IMG/VR virus record: IMGVR_UViG_3300044825_000063
Coordinates: 1 to 29,139 of that record
DNA from: a virus
Taxonomy: Duplodnaviria; Caudoviricetes
DNA length: 29,139 nt
Strand: one strand, 5' to 3'
This document shows positions 1-9,488 of the stretch, piece by piece. The notes under the pieces are model-generated. The model did no database searches, was not told the origin of the DNA, and saw only the letters and a list, made by a program, of their open reading frames with translations. A program made the translations under genes and the position numbers. Position 1 is the first letter of the stretch. Each line of letters opens with the position of its first letter.

Positions 1-2
1 AC

Positions 3-365
3 CGTTCAGTTGCCATTGGTCTTGAGAAAGACGGTGAGCTTGTCGCCGGTACGGTTTATGAGATGTGGAACGGCAGATCGGTTGTTTGTCACATCACTTG
101 GGATCAAATCACCCCGGCTTACCTAGCCGCTGTATACGATTATCCCTATAACGTCTGTAATGTTGATAAGATAATAGGGCCGATTTCCAGCAACCATACC
201 CGGGCGCTGAAACTGGTCACGAAAATGGGGTTTTCGGAGGAAGCGCGTATCAAAGACGGCGCACCTGACGGAGACATTGTTTTTATGACGCAGACACCAG
301 ACAGGTGTCGTTTCTTGGAGCCGAGGTATGGGCAAAAAATCACCAGCACCGCCGCCAGCGCCTGA
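3..365 (+). CDS. GNAT-fold phage head-assembly protein (P22 gp14/T7 gp13-like position), 5'-truncated
   Basis: Frame is open from the window edge (RSVAIGLEKDGELVAGTVYEMWNG...). C-terminal N-x2-A-x-K-L-x2-K-x-G-F-x-E-E GNAT signature. Lies just upstream of the ejection genes. Confidence 0.7.
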   Translation, partial: RSVAIGLEKDGELVAGTVYEMWNGRSVVCHITWDQITPAYLAAVYDYPYNVCNVDKIIGPISSNHTRALKLVTKMGFSEEARIKDGAPDGDIVFMTQTPDRCRFLEPRYGQKITSTAASA

Positions 366-2748
366 CTACACCACCCTAGCCATCAAGCAGGGTGAGGCGA
401 ATTTGGCCGCTGCCAAGCAGTCGGCATATATGTCCAATCCCAACATCTACGGCCCCACCGGGTCGCAGACGGTGACTTGGACACGAAATGCAACCGTAGA
501 CACGGACGCCTACAACAAGGCGTTGCAGGCTTATCAAGATCGCATTGCCCAATACGGCCCCGAGTATGCGGGTGAAACGCCAGATCAAAGCCAATTTACG
601 ACGTACATTGAACAGCCAACAATTACGCAAACCATTGACCCTAATGCGCTTGCGGCGTTGCGTTCTCAAGAGCGGGCGCAATTAGAGTTATCAAAAGCGG
701 CTGAAGGCGCTGCGGGTGGCTTAAAAAACCTTGGCATCGCGTCGGCATTTAGCCCGCAAAACCTGCCGAGCCTTGGTTACGACATCGGCTCATCGGGCGC
801 AATTCAAGGCGCACCGCAAGGCGTTTACGGCCCAATCGCAACTTATGGTCAAGGAGAATTGCCCGGACAGGTCACCGCAGGCCAGCAGGCGACGGTCAAC
901 CTTCCGGTGCAAGGCGCCAGCACCGCGCAAAACCAGTATTTTGGTATGGCAGGGGCTGGCCCCGCTGCACCGACCAATCTCGGTATGTTTGACGCCGGTC
1001 AATTCACCTCGCAAGCCGCCCCAAGCGGGCAAGCGTTTGGAACCGCACAAGGCGGCCCGTCAGGTGGTTTGTACGGCATGGCAGGCGCTGGCCCGCAGGG
1101 ATTGAACCTGCAAGGGCTTGACCTGTCAGGCATCGGCGGTGTGGCCGGTGGCCCCGCACAAGGCCAATTCGGGTACGCACAGCAGTTTGTGGGCGGCCCG
1201 CAGTTACAGAGCCAGATTGATATTGCCAACTTGCCGCAGGGGCCAGTAAACGCTGGCATGACGGCGCAGACGGCATTGCTGTCGCGTTTGTCACCGCAGT
1301 TGCAGGGCGAGCGTCAGCAACTCCAGACGCAACTGATTAACCAAGGTCTGCGACCGGGTGGCGAGGCGTACAACTCGGCGATGGCGGCGCAGATGCAGAA
1401 GGAAAACGACCTTCTGTTGCAGGCCGCCGCGCAGGGCATCAGCCTTGATCAAGCCGCTCGTCAGCAGGCGTTTAGTGAGCAGCAATCCCGCGCTATGTTC
1501 GCCAATCAAGCCGCATTGTCAGGCTTTGGCGCAGGCATGGAGCAGGCGCAGCTTTACAACACGGGCTTGGGGCAAAACCTCCAGCAGTCGTTGGCAACGC
1601 AAGCCGCGCAAAACCAAGCGCAGCAGCAAGCCTTCCAGCAGCGTTTGCAGGCCGGTGAGTTTGGCCGCGAGGCGCAATTAGCGTCGTTCGGCACGCAGCA
1701 GCAAGCGCAAGAAGCCGCTAACCAAGCCATCGCGCAGAACTTTGCACAGGGCCAAGCCGCACAGCAGATGCAAAATCAGGCCATCGGCCAGAATTTTGAG
1801 CAAGCGTTGGCGGCACAACAGGCGCAAAACGCAGCCCTCGGTCAAAACTATCAGCAAGCCCTCGGTGCGGCTGGGTTCAACCGTGAAGGGCTGTTACAGC
1901 AGTTTGGCATGGGTCAGTCAGCGCAAGAGCTTGCGAATCAGGCGTTGGCGCAGAACTACCAAACGACGTTTGACCAAGCGCGACTGCAAAACGAGGCGTT
2001 GCAGCAGATTTTCAATCAGTCGGCAACGCAACAGCAGATGTACAACCAAGCCGCTGCACAAAACTTCCAGCAGCAGGTCGCCGCGCAGCAAGCAAACCTT
2101 GCCCGCCAAGCGCAGCAGGTTGGTCAGGCGCAGGGAGCCGCAGGGTTCTACAACGAGGCGCAGGCACAGGCTTACCAGCAAGAGTTGGCGCGTCAGGCTG
2201 CCGCAAACGCCGCACAACAGCAACAGTTCCAGCAGAACATCGCCCAACAGCAGTTCCGCAACACCGCGATTCAGCAGGCACTTGCCCAGCAGGCCGCAAT
2301 CCGCAGCATCCCGGTCAACGAGATCAGCGCGTTGTTGTCAGGCGGTCAGGTCAACGTGCCGCAGTTCCAAGGCTACAGCGGCGTTACCGTGGCTCCTGCG
2401 CCGATATTCCAAGCGGGTCAAGCAGCGGGCGATTTTGCACAACGCAATTATCAGAACCAAGTTGGCTCCTATAACGCAGGCATGGGGTTGCTCGGCAGCC
2501 TTGCTGGAGCCGCAGGTACAGCCGTCAGCGGCCCGCTCGGCGTAGCGGGATTGTTTACGTCGGATCGTCGCTTGAAGTCCAACATCGTGCGCGTCGGAAC
2601 TCACCCGCTTGGCATTGGCGTATACGAGTACGACATCAACGGCGAGCGTCAACGCGGCGTCATGGCCGATGAAGTAGAGACGGTGCTACCGGAGGCGGTC
2701 GTAACCCGTTCCGATGGCTACAAGATGGTCAACTACGGGCTTCTTTGA
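328..2748 (+). CDS. Putative DNA pilot/ejection protein with Q/A-rich repeats and C-terminal peptidase S74 (intramolecular chaperone) domain
   Basis: MGKKSPAPPPAPDY N-terminus typical of pilot proteins; long Gln/Ala helical repeats; C-terminal SDRRLKSNI...GVMADEVE..LPEAV...GYKMVNY S74 motif. Confidence 0.7.
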   Translation: MGKKSPAPPPAPDYTTLAIKQGEANLAAAKQSAYMSNPNIYGPTGSQTVTWTRNATVDTDAYNKALQAYQDRIAQYGPEYAGETPDQSQFTTYIEQPTITQTIDPNALAALRSQERAQLELSKAAEGAAGGLKNLGIASAFSPQNLPSLGYDIGSSGAIQGAPQGVYGPIATYGQGELPGQVTAGQQATVNLPVQGASTAQNQYFGMAGAGPAAPTNLGMFDAGQFTSQAAPSGQAFGTAQGGPSGGLYGMAGAGPQGLNLQGLDLSGIGGVAGGPAQGQFGYAQQFVGGPQLQSQIDIANLPQGPVNAGMTAQTALLSRLSPQLQGERQQLQTQLINQGLRPGGEAYNSAMAAQMQKENDLLLQAAAQGISLDQAARQQAFSEQQSRAMFANQAALSGFGAGMEQAQLYNTGLGQNLQQSLATQAAQNQAQQQAFQQRLQAGEFGREAQLASFGTQQQAQEAANQAIAQNFAQGQAAQQMQNQAIGQNFEQALAAQQAQNAALGQNYQQALGAAGFNREGLLQQFGMGQSAQELANQALAQNYQTTFDQARLQNEALQQIFNQSATQQQMYNQAAAQNFQQQVAAQQANLARQAQQVGQAQGAAGFYNEAQAQAYQQELARQAAANAAQQQQFQQNIAQQQFRNTAIQQALAQQAAIRSIPVNEISALLSGGQVNVPQFQGYSGVTVAPAPIFQAGQAAGDFAQRNYQNQVGSYNAGMGLLGSLAGAAGTAVSGPLGVAGLFTSDRRLKSNIVRVGTHPLGIGVYEYDINGERQRGVMADEVETVLPEAVVTRSDGYKMVNYGLL

Positions 2749-2757
2749 GGACATCAC

Positions 2758-3141
2758 ATGAACGGATTTACCCCTGACCGAAAGCCGCAGCAAATGGCGC
2801 GTATGCTGGCAATGCAGGAGCGGAATCTGTCGCTCAACAGCCCCGGCAACAATATGCGGAATGTCCCGCAGCCTAACCTGATGTACTCGGGCGCTACGCC
2901 TAACACCAACCCCGGTGTGCCGCCGCAGGCCATGAACTTTAACGGCCCACCGCAGGCCATGCAGGGTGGTCGTCCGATGGGTTACGGGCCGCCCGTTCGC
3001 AGCATGGGTCAGCCGCAGATGGGGCCGCCTCGCTCACCGCAAGTGGGCGGCATGATGCAGCGCCCGCGTATGCCCGCTCCCGCAGGTATGACTACGCCGC
3101 AGGGAGGCTCATACAGAGGGGACTTTGAAAATGCCAGTTAA
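2758..3141 (+). CDS. Pro/Met/Gln/Gly-rich low-complexity hypothetical protein
   Basis: GAGGA RBS upstream; fills the gap between two structural genes; same strand. Confidence 0.65.
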   Translation: MNGFTPDRKPQQMARMLAMQERNLSLNSPGNNMRNVPQPNLMYSGATPNTNPGVPPQAMNFNGPPQAMQGGRPMGYGPPVRSMGQPQMGPPRSPQVGGMMQRPRMPAPAGMTTPQGGSYRGDFENAS

Positions 3142-4549
3142 GTACACGCAAACCTTCCGCGCACCAACTGAATACGAGCGCCAGTTAGAGGAAGCGCGTC
3201 GGCGTGCCGCATTGGCAGAAGCCCTTGCACAGCAGGAATATCAGCCGATGGAAGGCAACGCAGCGCCGATCCCCAAGGCTGCGCCGCTAGTGAAGGCATT
3301 GCAGAGTTTTATGACCGCTCGCGCAGGTCGTCAGGCAGAAGAAGCCAAGGCCGAGGCAGAAAAAGCAGGCCGCACCGAATTTGCTGATTACATCCGTTCG
3401 TTTGAACCCGAGCAGCGCAACGTCAACATGGCGCAGCTTGCCGCTATGGAAGCGCCGATGCCGATGATCAACACGGAGCCGGGCGGTGGCCCTGCCGTGC
3501 CGTATGGTCAACCGGGGTTCCGCAGCACGGAATACGCACAGCCGAGCGCCATTGCAGCGCCTAACCAGCGTTTAATGCCGGTAATGGGAGCAGACGGCCA
3601 GCCTGATTTCAGCCAGCCGATGCAGATGCAGGTGGGCGGCCCGCTTACTATCGCGCAGAAGCGTGCGCGAGCATTGGAAGGTTTGGAAAGCGGCAACCCG
3701 ATGGTGCAGCAGTTCGCCATGTCGCAGTACGAGGCGACGATGCCCAAAACAACGCAATTAAAACTTGCTGACATCAACCCAAGCGACTTTACGCCAGCCA
3801 GTTTGGCAGAGGCGACAAGGACGGGCGATATCAGCAAATTAGACCCGATTGAAAAGCCCACCGCTGGATCACCGTTAAGCAGATTGATTGCAGAGCGCAA
3901 TGCGTTGCCGCTAGGTAGTCCTGCGCGAGTTATTTACGATGCTGCTATTAGGAAAGAAACGACAACTGCGCCGGGCGTAAGCGTAACTGTTGGCGATAAA
4001 ACGGCCAATAAATACGCAGACGCCATTGCAGAGGGAGTTGCAAAACAAGACTTGGATGCCATTGCTGCTGGTGAAAATGCCATCGCGCAAATTGAATCGT
4101 CGTACCGAGTGCGTGATTTGCTTAAGCAAAACCCAATTACCGGCACAGGCGCTGAAGCGCGTCTTGGCTTTGAAAAAGCACTCGCAACGGCAGGATTTTC
4201 AAAAGGCGATAGGGCATCGGTTACCGAAAACTTGTCTGCTGAACTTGCCAAAACGACGTTGGCGGCGGTTCGTACTAGTGGGCTTGGGTCAGGTCAAGGA
4301 TTTACTGACAAAGATCGGCAGTTCTTGGAACGCGCTGCTGCGGGTCAAATTGACCTTACTCCCGCCAATCTCATTTACCTAGCGGAATTGAACGAAAAAG
4401 CGGGTAGAGCCAACATTGCTATTAGCAATCGCGTTCGCGCTCGCGCACGGCAATTGCCGCAATTTAGGAACTTGCCCGGTATGTTCCCTGATATTACCGC
4501 CCCCGCCGCATACGGCAGCCAGCTTCCCGCTGGCGCGACGCTTGACTAG
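3131..4549 (+). CDS. Putative DNA ejection (internal virion) protein
   Basis: Long ORF; ATG at 3131 follows GAGGGG; Ala/Gln-rich helical composition; position in the ejection cluster. Confidence 0.6.
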   Translation: MPVKYTQTFRAPTEYERQLEEARRRAALAEALAQQEYQPMEGNAAPIPKAAPLVKALQSFMTARAGRQAEEAKAEAEKAGRTEFADYIRSFEPEQRNVNMAQLAAMEAPMPMINTEPGGGPAVPYGQPGFRSTEYAQPSAIAAPNQRLMPVMGADGQPDFSQPMQMQVGGPLTIAQKRARALEGLESGNPMVQQFAMSQYEATMPKTTQLKLADINPSDFTPASLAEATRTGDISKLDPIEKPTAGSPLSRLIAERNALPLGSPARVIYDAAIRKETTTAPGVSVTVGDKTANKYADAIAEGVAKQDLDAIAAGENAIAQIESSYRVRDLLKQNPITGTGAEARLGFEKALATAGFSKGDRASVTENLSAELAKTTLAAVRTSGLGSGQGFTDKDRQFLERAAAGQIDLTPANLIYLAELNEKAGRANIAISNRVRARARQLPQFRNLPGMFPDITAPAAYGSQLPAGATLD

Positions 4550-4572
4550 CCCTTACGGTAAGCGAGGAATTT

Positions 4573-6672
4573 ATGGCATACCGCGAAGGTCAAACAGCAA
4601 CAAACAAGCAAACCGGCGAACGGTTTGTTTTCCGAGGCGGCAAGTGGGAGTCATTAGCGCCACCGCCTGCCGCTGCGCGTGAGCGAGGAGCGAATTTACC
4701 GTCATCTGTTCAAGGCGCAATGACGTTTGGTCAAGGCGCGACGTTTAATATGCTTGACGAGTTGGCTGGCGCTGCTGCGCTTGGTCAACTTGGTCAGTCA
4801 TACGCAATGGGCGGCACCCAAACTGCGCCAACTCGCGCTGACTACACCGCGCCGCGTGACATCATTCGCGGCGGTACTGCGGCATTTGCAGAGCAAAACC
4901 CCAAAACCGCACTTGGCCTTGAAATGGCGGGCAGTCTTGCTACGTTGCCGTTCAGCATGGGCGGTTCTGCTGCCCCCTTGGGCGCTGGCATCATTTCTCG
5001 CGGCTCTCGCTATATTGCCCCTGTGGCAGCGCAAAGCGCGGTTGGTGCGGCAGGCGCAAGTGAGGCCGAAACAGCGTCTGACTTGGGCATGGACATTTTG
5101 TATGGCACCGGCACGGGCGTTGGCATTGGCGGTGCAACAGGCCTTGGCATCAAAGGCGCTGGTGCAGTCACGCGACGTATGGCGCCGACCATGCAGCGTG
5201 AATTTGAGTTGCAAGCACCAAGAGAGCGTCTAGCGCAACTTTTGCAGCGTGACGCCGCTGCCCGAATCCCGCCCGACACCATCGCCAAGCAAGATCGTAT
5301 CGCCGAGCTTGAGCGCCAATTAAAAGTCATTCCCGGCCCGTCGCTGATAAAAGCACGGATGCAAGAAGAACTGAATGCGCTAAAAAGCGGTGTAGAGGCT
5401 GATCCGACGCAAGTGGCTGCGGCTCGTTTGCAGCGTCCCCGTGGCGGCGGCCTTGGCCCAGAAGCGCCCATTGCTGCAACGGGTTCTGCTACTCGCGCAG
5501 AATTAGCGTTGCTGCGTAACGAGCCGGGTTCTACGCAAGGCATGATTGACAGATCAATGCGCCCGCTCGTCAACAAGCGCGGGGATCGTTTGCAGGCGTC
5601 GGCAGATGAACTGTTAGACGCGCAAGGCGTGCCGTTTAGAGCAACGGTGCGTCAATTTAACGAGCAAGCCAAAACTAGGGCTGCTCCGTACTACGCAAAA
5701 CTAGAAAACTACGACGTAACCGTAGACGCAGAGCTCGCTGCGCTTCTTAATCGTGCAAAAAAGACGTTTTCGGAAGCAGAAGAACTAGCCCTTGTTGAAG
5801 GAATGCCCGAAAAATTAAATCTTGGCAATTTGCGCCCCGGTGATCGCGTCCCGTTTAACGTATTAGATACGCTAAAGCGCACGTTGTACGACATTGAAGA
5901 AGGCGCAAAAGGCGATTTTGGCAAACCAACGCAAAAAAGCCGTGGTTACACCAATTTGCGCCGCGATTTAACGAACAAGTTGGACAATGTTGCGCCAAAA
6001 GACGACCAAGGACGTAGCGTTTACAAGTTAGCCCGCGATGAATTCAGCAGCGAGACGCAAATGGCAACCGCAATGGAGCGCGGTCGCAAAGTCATGTCAG
6101 AAGATGTGGAAGATTTAGAAGAAATCATTAATGACATGGAGCCAGCGCAATTAAGCGCGTTCCGACTTGGCGCTGCTCAAGCCTTGCGTGACAAAACAGC
6201 CAAGCCAGCAGGTCAAGCGGAATTGATGAATCTGCAAAAGTCACCCGGCTTGCAGAAGCGTTTGCGCTTGGTGTTTGGCAACGATTTCCGCAAGTTTCAA
6301 GCGACGGTGTTACGCGAAGCGGAATTGCAGGAAACGGCTCGCGCAGGCAAAGGATCGCAAACCTTTTCGCTGCTCAAAGGCGAAGAAGATCAAAACAAAC
6401 TTGCACAAGCTTTGCAGGCCGCGCAAATGTTGCAAGGCGACATGATTGCCGGTGCGGCAGCGGTCGCAGCCAAAGACAAAGGCAAGAAATTGACCGAACG
6501 TCAGCGCCAACAACTAGCAGAATTGTTGTTGTTACGCGGGCAGCCCGCGCAAGACGAATTGCGTAACATTCGGCTGTATATTGACCGTCGCGCAGCGGCG
6601 CAGAAACGCGCACAAGAAGCATCAGGGCGTATTGGCGCATTTGGCGCTGGATATGGCGCTGGTCAGGAATAG
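4573..6672 (+). CDS. Putative large DNA ejection (internal virion) protein
   Basis: GAGGA RBS; GQGATFNMLDELAG motif and Gly/Ala hydrophobic segments typical of podovirus injection proteins; 699 aa. Confidence 0.65.
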   Translation: MAYREGQTATNKQTGERFVFRGGKWESLAPPPAAARERGANLPSSVQGAMTFGQGATFNMLDELAGAAALGQLGQSYAMGGTQTAPTRADYTAPRDIIRGGTAAFAEQNPKTALGLEMAGSLATLPFSMGGSAAPLGAGIISRGSRYIAPVAAQSAVGAAGASEAETASDLGMDILYGTGTGVGIGGATGLGIKGAGAVTRRMAPTMQREFELQAPRERLAQLLQRDAAARIPPDTIAKQDRIAELERQLKVIPGPSLIKARMQEELNALKSGVEADPTQVAAARLQRPRGGGLGPEAPIAATGSATRAELALLRNEPGSTQGMIDRSMRPLVNKRGDRLQASADELLDAQGVPFRATVRQFNEQAKTRAAPYYAKLENYDVTVDAELAALLNRAKKTFSEAEELALVEGMPEKLNLGNLRPGDRVPFNVLDTLKRTLYDIEEGAKGDFGKPTQKSRGYTNLRRDLTNKLDNVAPKDDQGRSVYKLARDEFSSETQMATAMERGRKVMSEDVEDLEEIINDMEPAQLSAFRLGAAQALRDKTAKPAGQAELMNLQKSPGLQKRLRLVFGNDFRKFQATVLREAELQETARAGKGSQTFSLLKGEEDQNKLAQALQAAQMLQGDMIAGAAAVAAKDKGKKLTERQRQQLAELLLLRGQPAQDELRNIRLYIDRRAAAQKRAQEASGRIGAFGAGYGAGQE

Positions 6673-6682
6673 GAGATAAGCA

Positions 6683-8599
6683 ATGAGCTTTAACGGCAGC
6701 GGCGTATTTGTCATCAATTCGGCAGGCCAGCCGGTCGTTGCCAACACGGTTATCTCGTCAACCGTTTTCAACGCTCTGACGGCTGACCTTGCTACCGGCT
6801 TGACCAACTGCATTACCAAGGACGGTCAATCCACGCCCACGGCTAACATCCCGATGGGCAGCAACAAGATCACGGGCCTTGCGGTGGGTACGCTGGCGTC
6901 CGACGCCGCTAACCTCTCACAAGTACAGTCCACCTCGGTCAAACTAATTTCGGTCAGCGGTGCCGATACCGTTACCGGCACGCTCTCGCCTGTCCTTGCG
7001 GCGTATGAAGCAGGCCAGATGTTCTATTGGGTGGCCGCTGGCACCAATACCGGCGCTGTCACGCTCAACATCAACAGCCTTGGCGCAAAAGCCGTTACGC
7101 GAGACGGCAGCACGGCGCTGATCGCGGGTGACATCCAATCTGGCGAAATCGTGATGGTCGTCTACGACGGCACGCGGTTCCAGATGATCAACGCCGCCAA
7201 CTCGTTCGGCAACACGACGATTAACGGCACGCTGACGGTTACCGGCAACACGACGTTGCAGGCTAACGTCAGCATCGGTTCTACGTTGGTGGTAGGCGGT
7301 ACGCTGGCTGTGGTCGGACGATCCGACCTGCCGACCGTATCTACCGCCTCCATGAACGCAGCGGTGGCAGCGGTTACAGACCTGCGTGCTACCAGCGCCT
7401 CTATTACTTCCGCAAACGTCGGCACGGCGGTTATCTCCACAGGTACGGTGACTAACCTCACCTCCACCGCAGCCTCTATTGCGTCGGTTAATGCGGGCGT
7501 GGCGCTGCTGACGACGGCGACGGTTACCGACCTGTCGGCTACCAGCGCATCCATCGCATCGGCCAATCTGACCAACGCCAACATCACCAACCTCACGCTT
7601 TCGGGCGTGTCGGTAGCGTCGGCGAACTTTGGTGTCGCGAACGTCACGGACTTGCGTGCAGCGGGAGCCTCGGTCACCTCTGCCAATGTCGGCACAGCGG
7701 TCATCACGACCCTAACAGCCACGGGAGCCTCGGTCGCCTCGGCTAACGTCGGCACCGCAGCGGTTACCCGGTTGGATGCTACGGGGGCATCGGCTGCCTC
7801 CATCAACGCGGGCGTGGCGTTAATCACCACCGGCACGGTTACCAACCTGACATCCACTAGCGCGAGCATCGCCTCGGCTAACCTCGGCACGGCCAACATC
7901 ACGGCGCTGACGCTGACCGGCGTATCGGTCGCCTCGGCTAATGTTGGGGTTGCCAACATCACCGACCTGCGAGCGGCAGGCGCGTCGGTTACCTCGGCCA
8001 ACGTCGGCACGGCTGTCATCACCACGCTCACCGCCACAGGGGCGTCTATTGCCTCTGCCAATGCGGGACGGCTGGATGTCACGGCAGCCTCGGCAGCGTC
8101 CATTAACGGTGCGGTGGCGCTCTTTACGACCGGCACGGTGACGAACCTCACCTCTACGTCGGCCAGCATCGCCTCTGCCAACCTCGGCAACGCACAGGTC
8201 ACCGGAGCGAGCATCGCATCGGCCAATGTCGCGGCATTGACGGCAACAGGAGCGAGTATCGCCTCGGCCAATATCGGCACGGCGGTGATCAGCACGATTG
8301 CCTCAGTATCTATCGGCTCGGCCAACATCGGTACGGCGGCAATTTCCACGCTGACCGCTACCAACGCATCTATCGCCTCGGCAAACGTGGCAGCGATGCG
8401 GTTTATTGGCGCATCCTCGGGATACGTCGGCTTTATCGCTCAAACATCAGCAGGCTCTGCAACGTATACTTGGCCCAATGCCGATGGCATCAATGGGTAT
8501 GTGTTGCAAACCAATGGATCGGGAAACTTGTCTTGGGTCGCACAATCTGGCGGTGGCGGTGGCGGTGGCTCCAATGCTTACGCTTGGTTTATCTCTTGA
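6683..8599 (+). CDS. Tail fibre protein with pentapeptide-periodic beta repeats
   Basis: AGGAG RBS; N-terminal virion-anchor-like region (DLATGLTNCITKDGQSTPTANIPMG); NTGAVTLNINSLGAK motif; long S/T/A/N/V repeats; C-terminal GYVLQTNGSGNLSW motif. Confidence 0.8.
   Translation: MSFNGSGVFVINSAGQPVVANTVISSTVFNALTADLATGLTNCITKDGQSTPTANIPMGSNKITGLAVGTLASDAANLSQVQSTSVKLISVSGADTVTGTLSPVLAAYEAGQMFYWVAAGTNTGAVTLNINSLGAKAVTRDGSTALIAGDIQSGEIVMVVYDGTRFQMINAANSFGNTTINGTLTVTGNTTLQANVSIGSTLVVGGTLAVVGRSDLPTVSTASMNAAVAAVTDLRATSASITSANVGTAVISTGTVTNLTSTAASIASVNAGVALLTTATVTDLSATSASIASANLTNANITNLTLSGVSVASANFGVANVTDLRAAGASVTSANVGTAVITTLTATGASVASANVGTAAVTRLDATGASAASINAGVALITTGTVTNLTSTSASIASANLGTANITALTLTGVSVASANVGVANITDLRAAGASVTSANVGTAVITTLTATGASIASANAGRLDVTAASAASINGAVALFTTGTVTNLTSTSASIASANLGNAQVTGASIASANVAALTATGASIASANIGTAVISTIASVSIGSANIGTAAISTLTATNASIASANVAAMRFIGASSGYVGFIAQTSAGSATYTWPNADGINGYVLQTNGSGNLSWVAQSGGGGGGGSNAYAWFIS
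7544..8180 (+). repeat. Degenerate tandem duplication inside the tail fibre gene (units of 315 and 300 bp)
   Basis: SASIASANL recurs at 7544, 7859 and 8159; the intervening peptides align with one 5-residue indel. Confidence 0.85.
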
Positions 8600-8608
8600 G
8601 GTAAAAAC

Positions 8609-9484
8609 ATGGCACTTTTAATCCTTGATGCAACGACGAAATCCATTGAGGTCGCCATGTCAGGCGCGGCGGCCACAACCAACCCCGATTTCACGGCGGC
8701 ATGGGCCGATGACACGGGGTCGGCGTTTACCGAGGGCGCATCAGACGGTGCGCTAAACGGTACGTCTGCGGTCACGCTGGTAGCTGCCCCTGCCTCTAGC
8801 ACGCGCCGCGTCGTTAAAACCATCACCATTGAAAACAAGGACACGGCAGCCGTCACGCTGACCATCTCCTACAACAACAACAGCACCCTGCGAACCATTG
8901 CCAAGGTCACGTTGAACGTAGGCGACACTTGGACAACAGACGGCACGTTTGACACCAACGGCTCGTTTAAGCAGACCCTTGGTTCGGTCAATTTGTCCTC
9001 GGGCGTCACCGGCACGCTTCCGGTCGCTAACGGCGGCACAGGCGTTACGACCAGCACGGGTACGGGCAGCGTGGTGCTGTCCACTAGCCCCTCGCTTACG
9101 ACCCCGGTATTGGGTACGCCTACCTCGGGCAACTTGTCCAACTGCACGGCTGACGGCACTAACCTCGTCGGCTACCGCAACATCCCGCGCTCGGGATCGG
9201 CCAAGACCACCTCGTACACGCTTGCCACAGGCGATGTGGGTGAGTTCATTGAGGTGGGTTCTGGCGGCTCGGTGACGATTCCTGACGCCACGTTTGCGTT
9301 AGGTGATGTGGTGTCGGTGTTCAACAACACCACGGGCAATGTCACAATCACCTGCACGATCACAACGGCTTACATCGGCGGTACGGACGCAGACAAAGCA
9401 ACCGTCACGCTTGCAACAAGAGGGGTGGCGACAATTTTGTTCCTGTCGGGTACGGTGTGCGTTATCTCTGGCAACGTGAGCTAA
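8609..9484 (+). CDS. Tail fibre-associated structural protein
   Basis: GAGG RBS; Thr/Ser-rich; GTLPVANGGTG fibre motif. Confidence 0.7.
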   Translation: MALLILDATTKSIEVAMSGAAATTNPDFTAAWADDTGSAFTEGASDGALNGTSAVTLVAAPASSTRRVVKTITIENKDTAAVTLTISYNNNSTLRTIAKVTLNVGDTWTTDGTFDTNGSFKQTLGSVNLSSGVTGTLPVANGGTGVTTSTGTGSVVLSTSPSLTTPVLGTPTSGNLSNCTADGTNLVGYRNIPRSGSAKTTSYTLATGDVGEFIEVGSGGSVTIPDATFALGDVVSVFNNTTGNVTITCTITTAYIGGTDADKATVTLATRGVATILFLSGTVCVISGNVS

Positions 9485-9488
9485 AGCC

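Noticed and set aside
1560-2290. Repeats resembling an array (CRISPR or DGR)
   Set aside because: Degenerate in-frame coding repeats (QNxAxxQNFxQ); no identical repeats with spacers and no cas or reverse transcriptase gene.
1742-2545. 267-aa alternative-frame ORF
   Set aside because: Arg/Ser-rich off-frame read of CAG-rich codons in the pilot protein gene.
7162-8364. 400-aa minus-strand ORF
   Set aside because: Antisense shadow of the repetitive tail fibre gene; codon bias removes stops and there is no independent motif.
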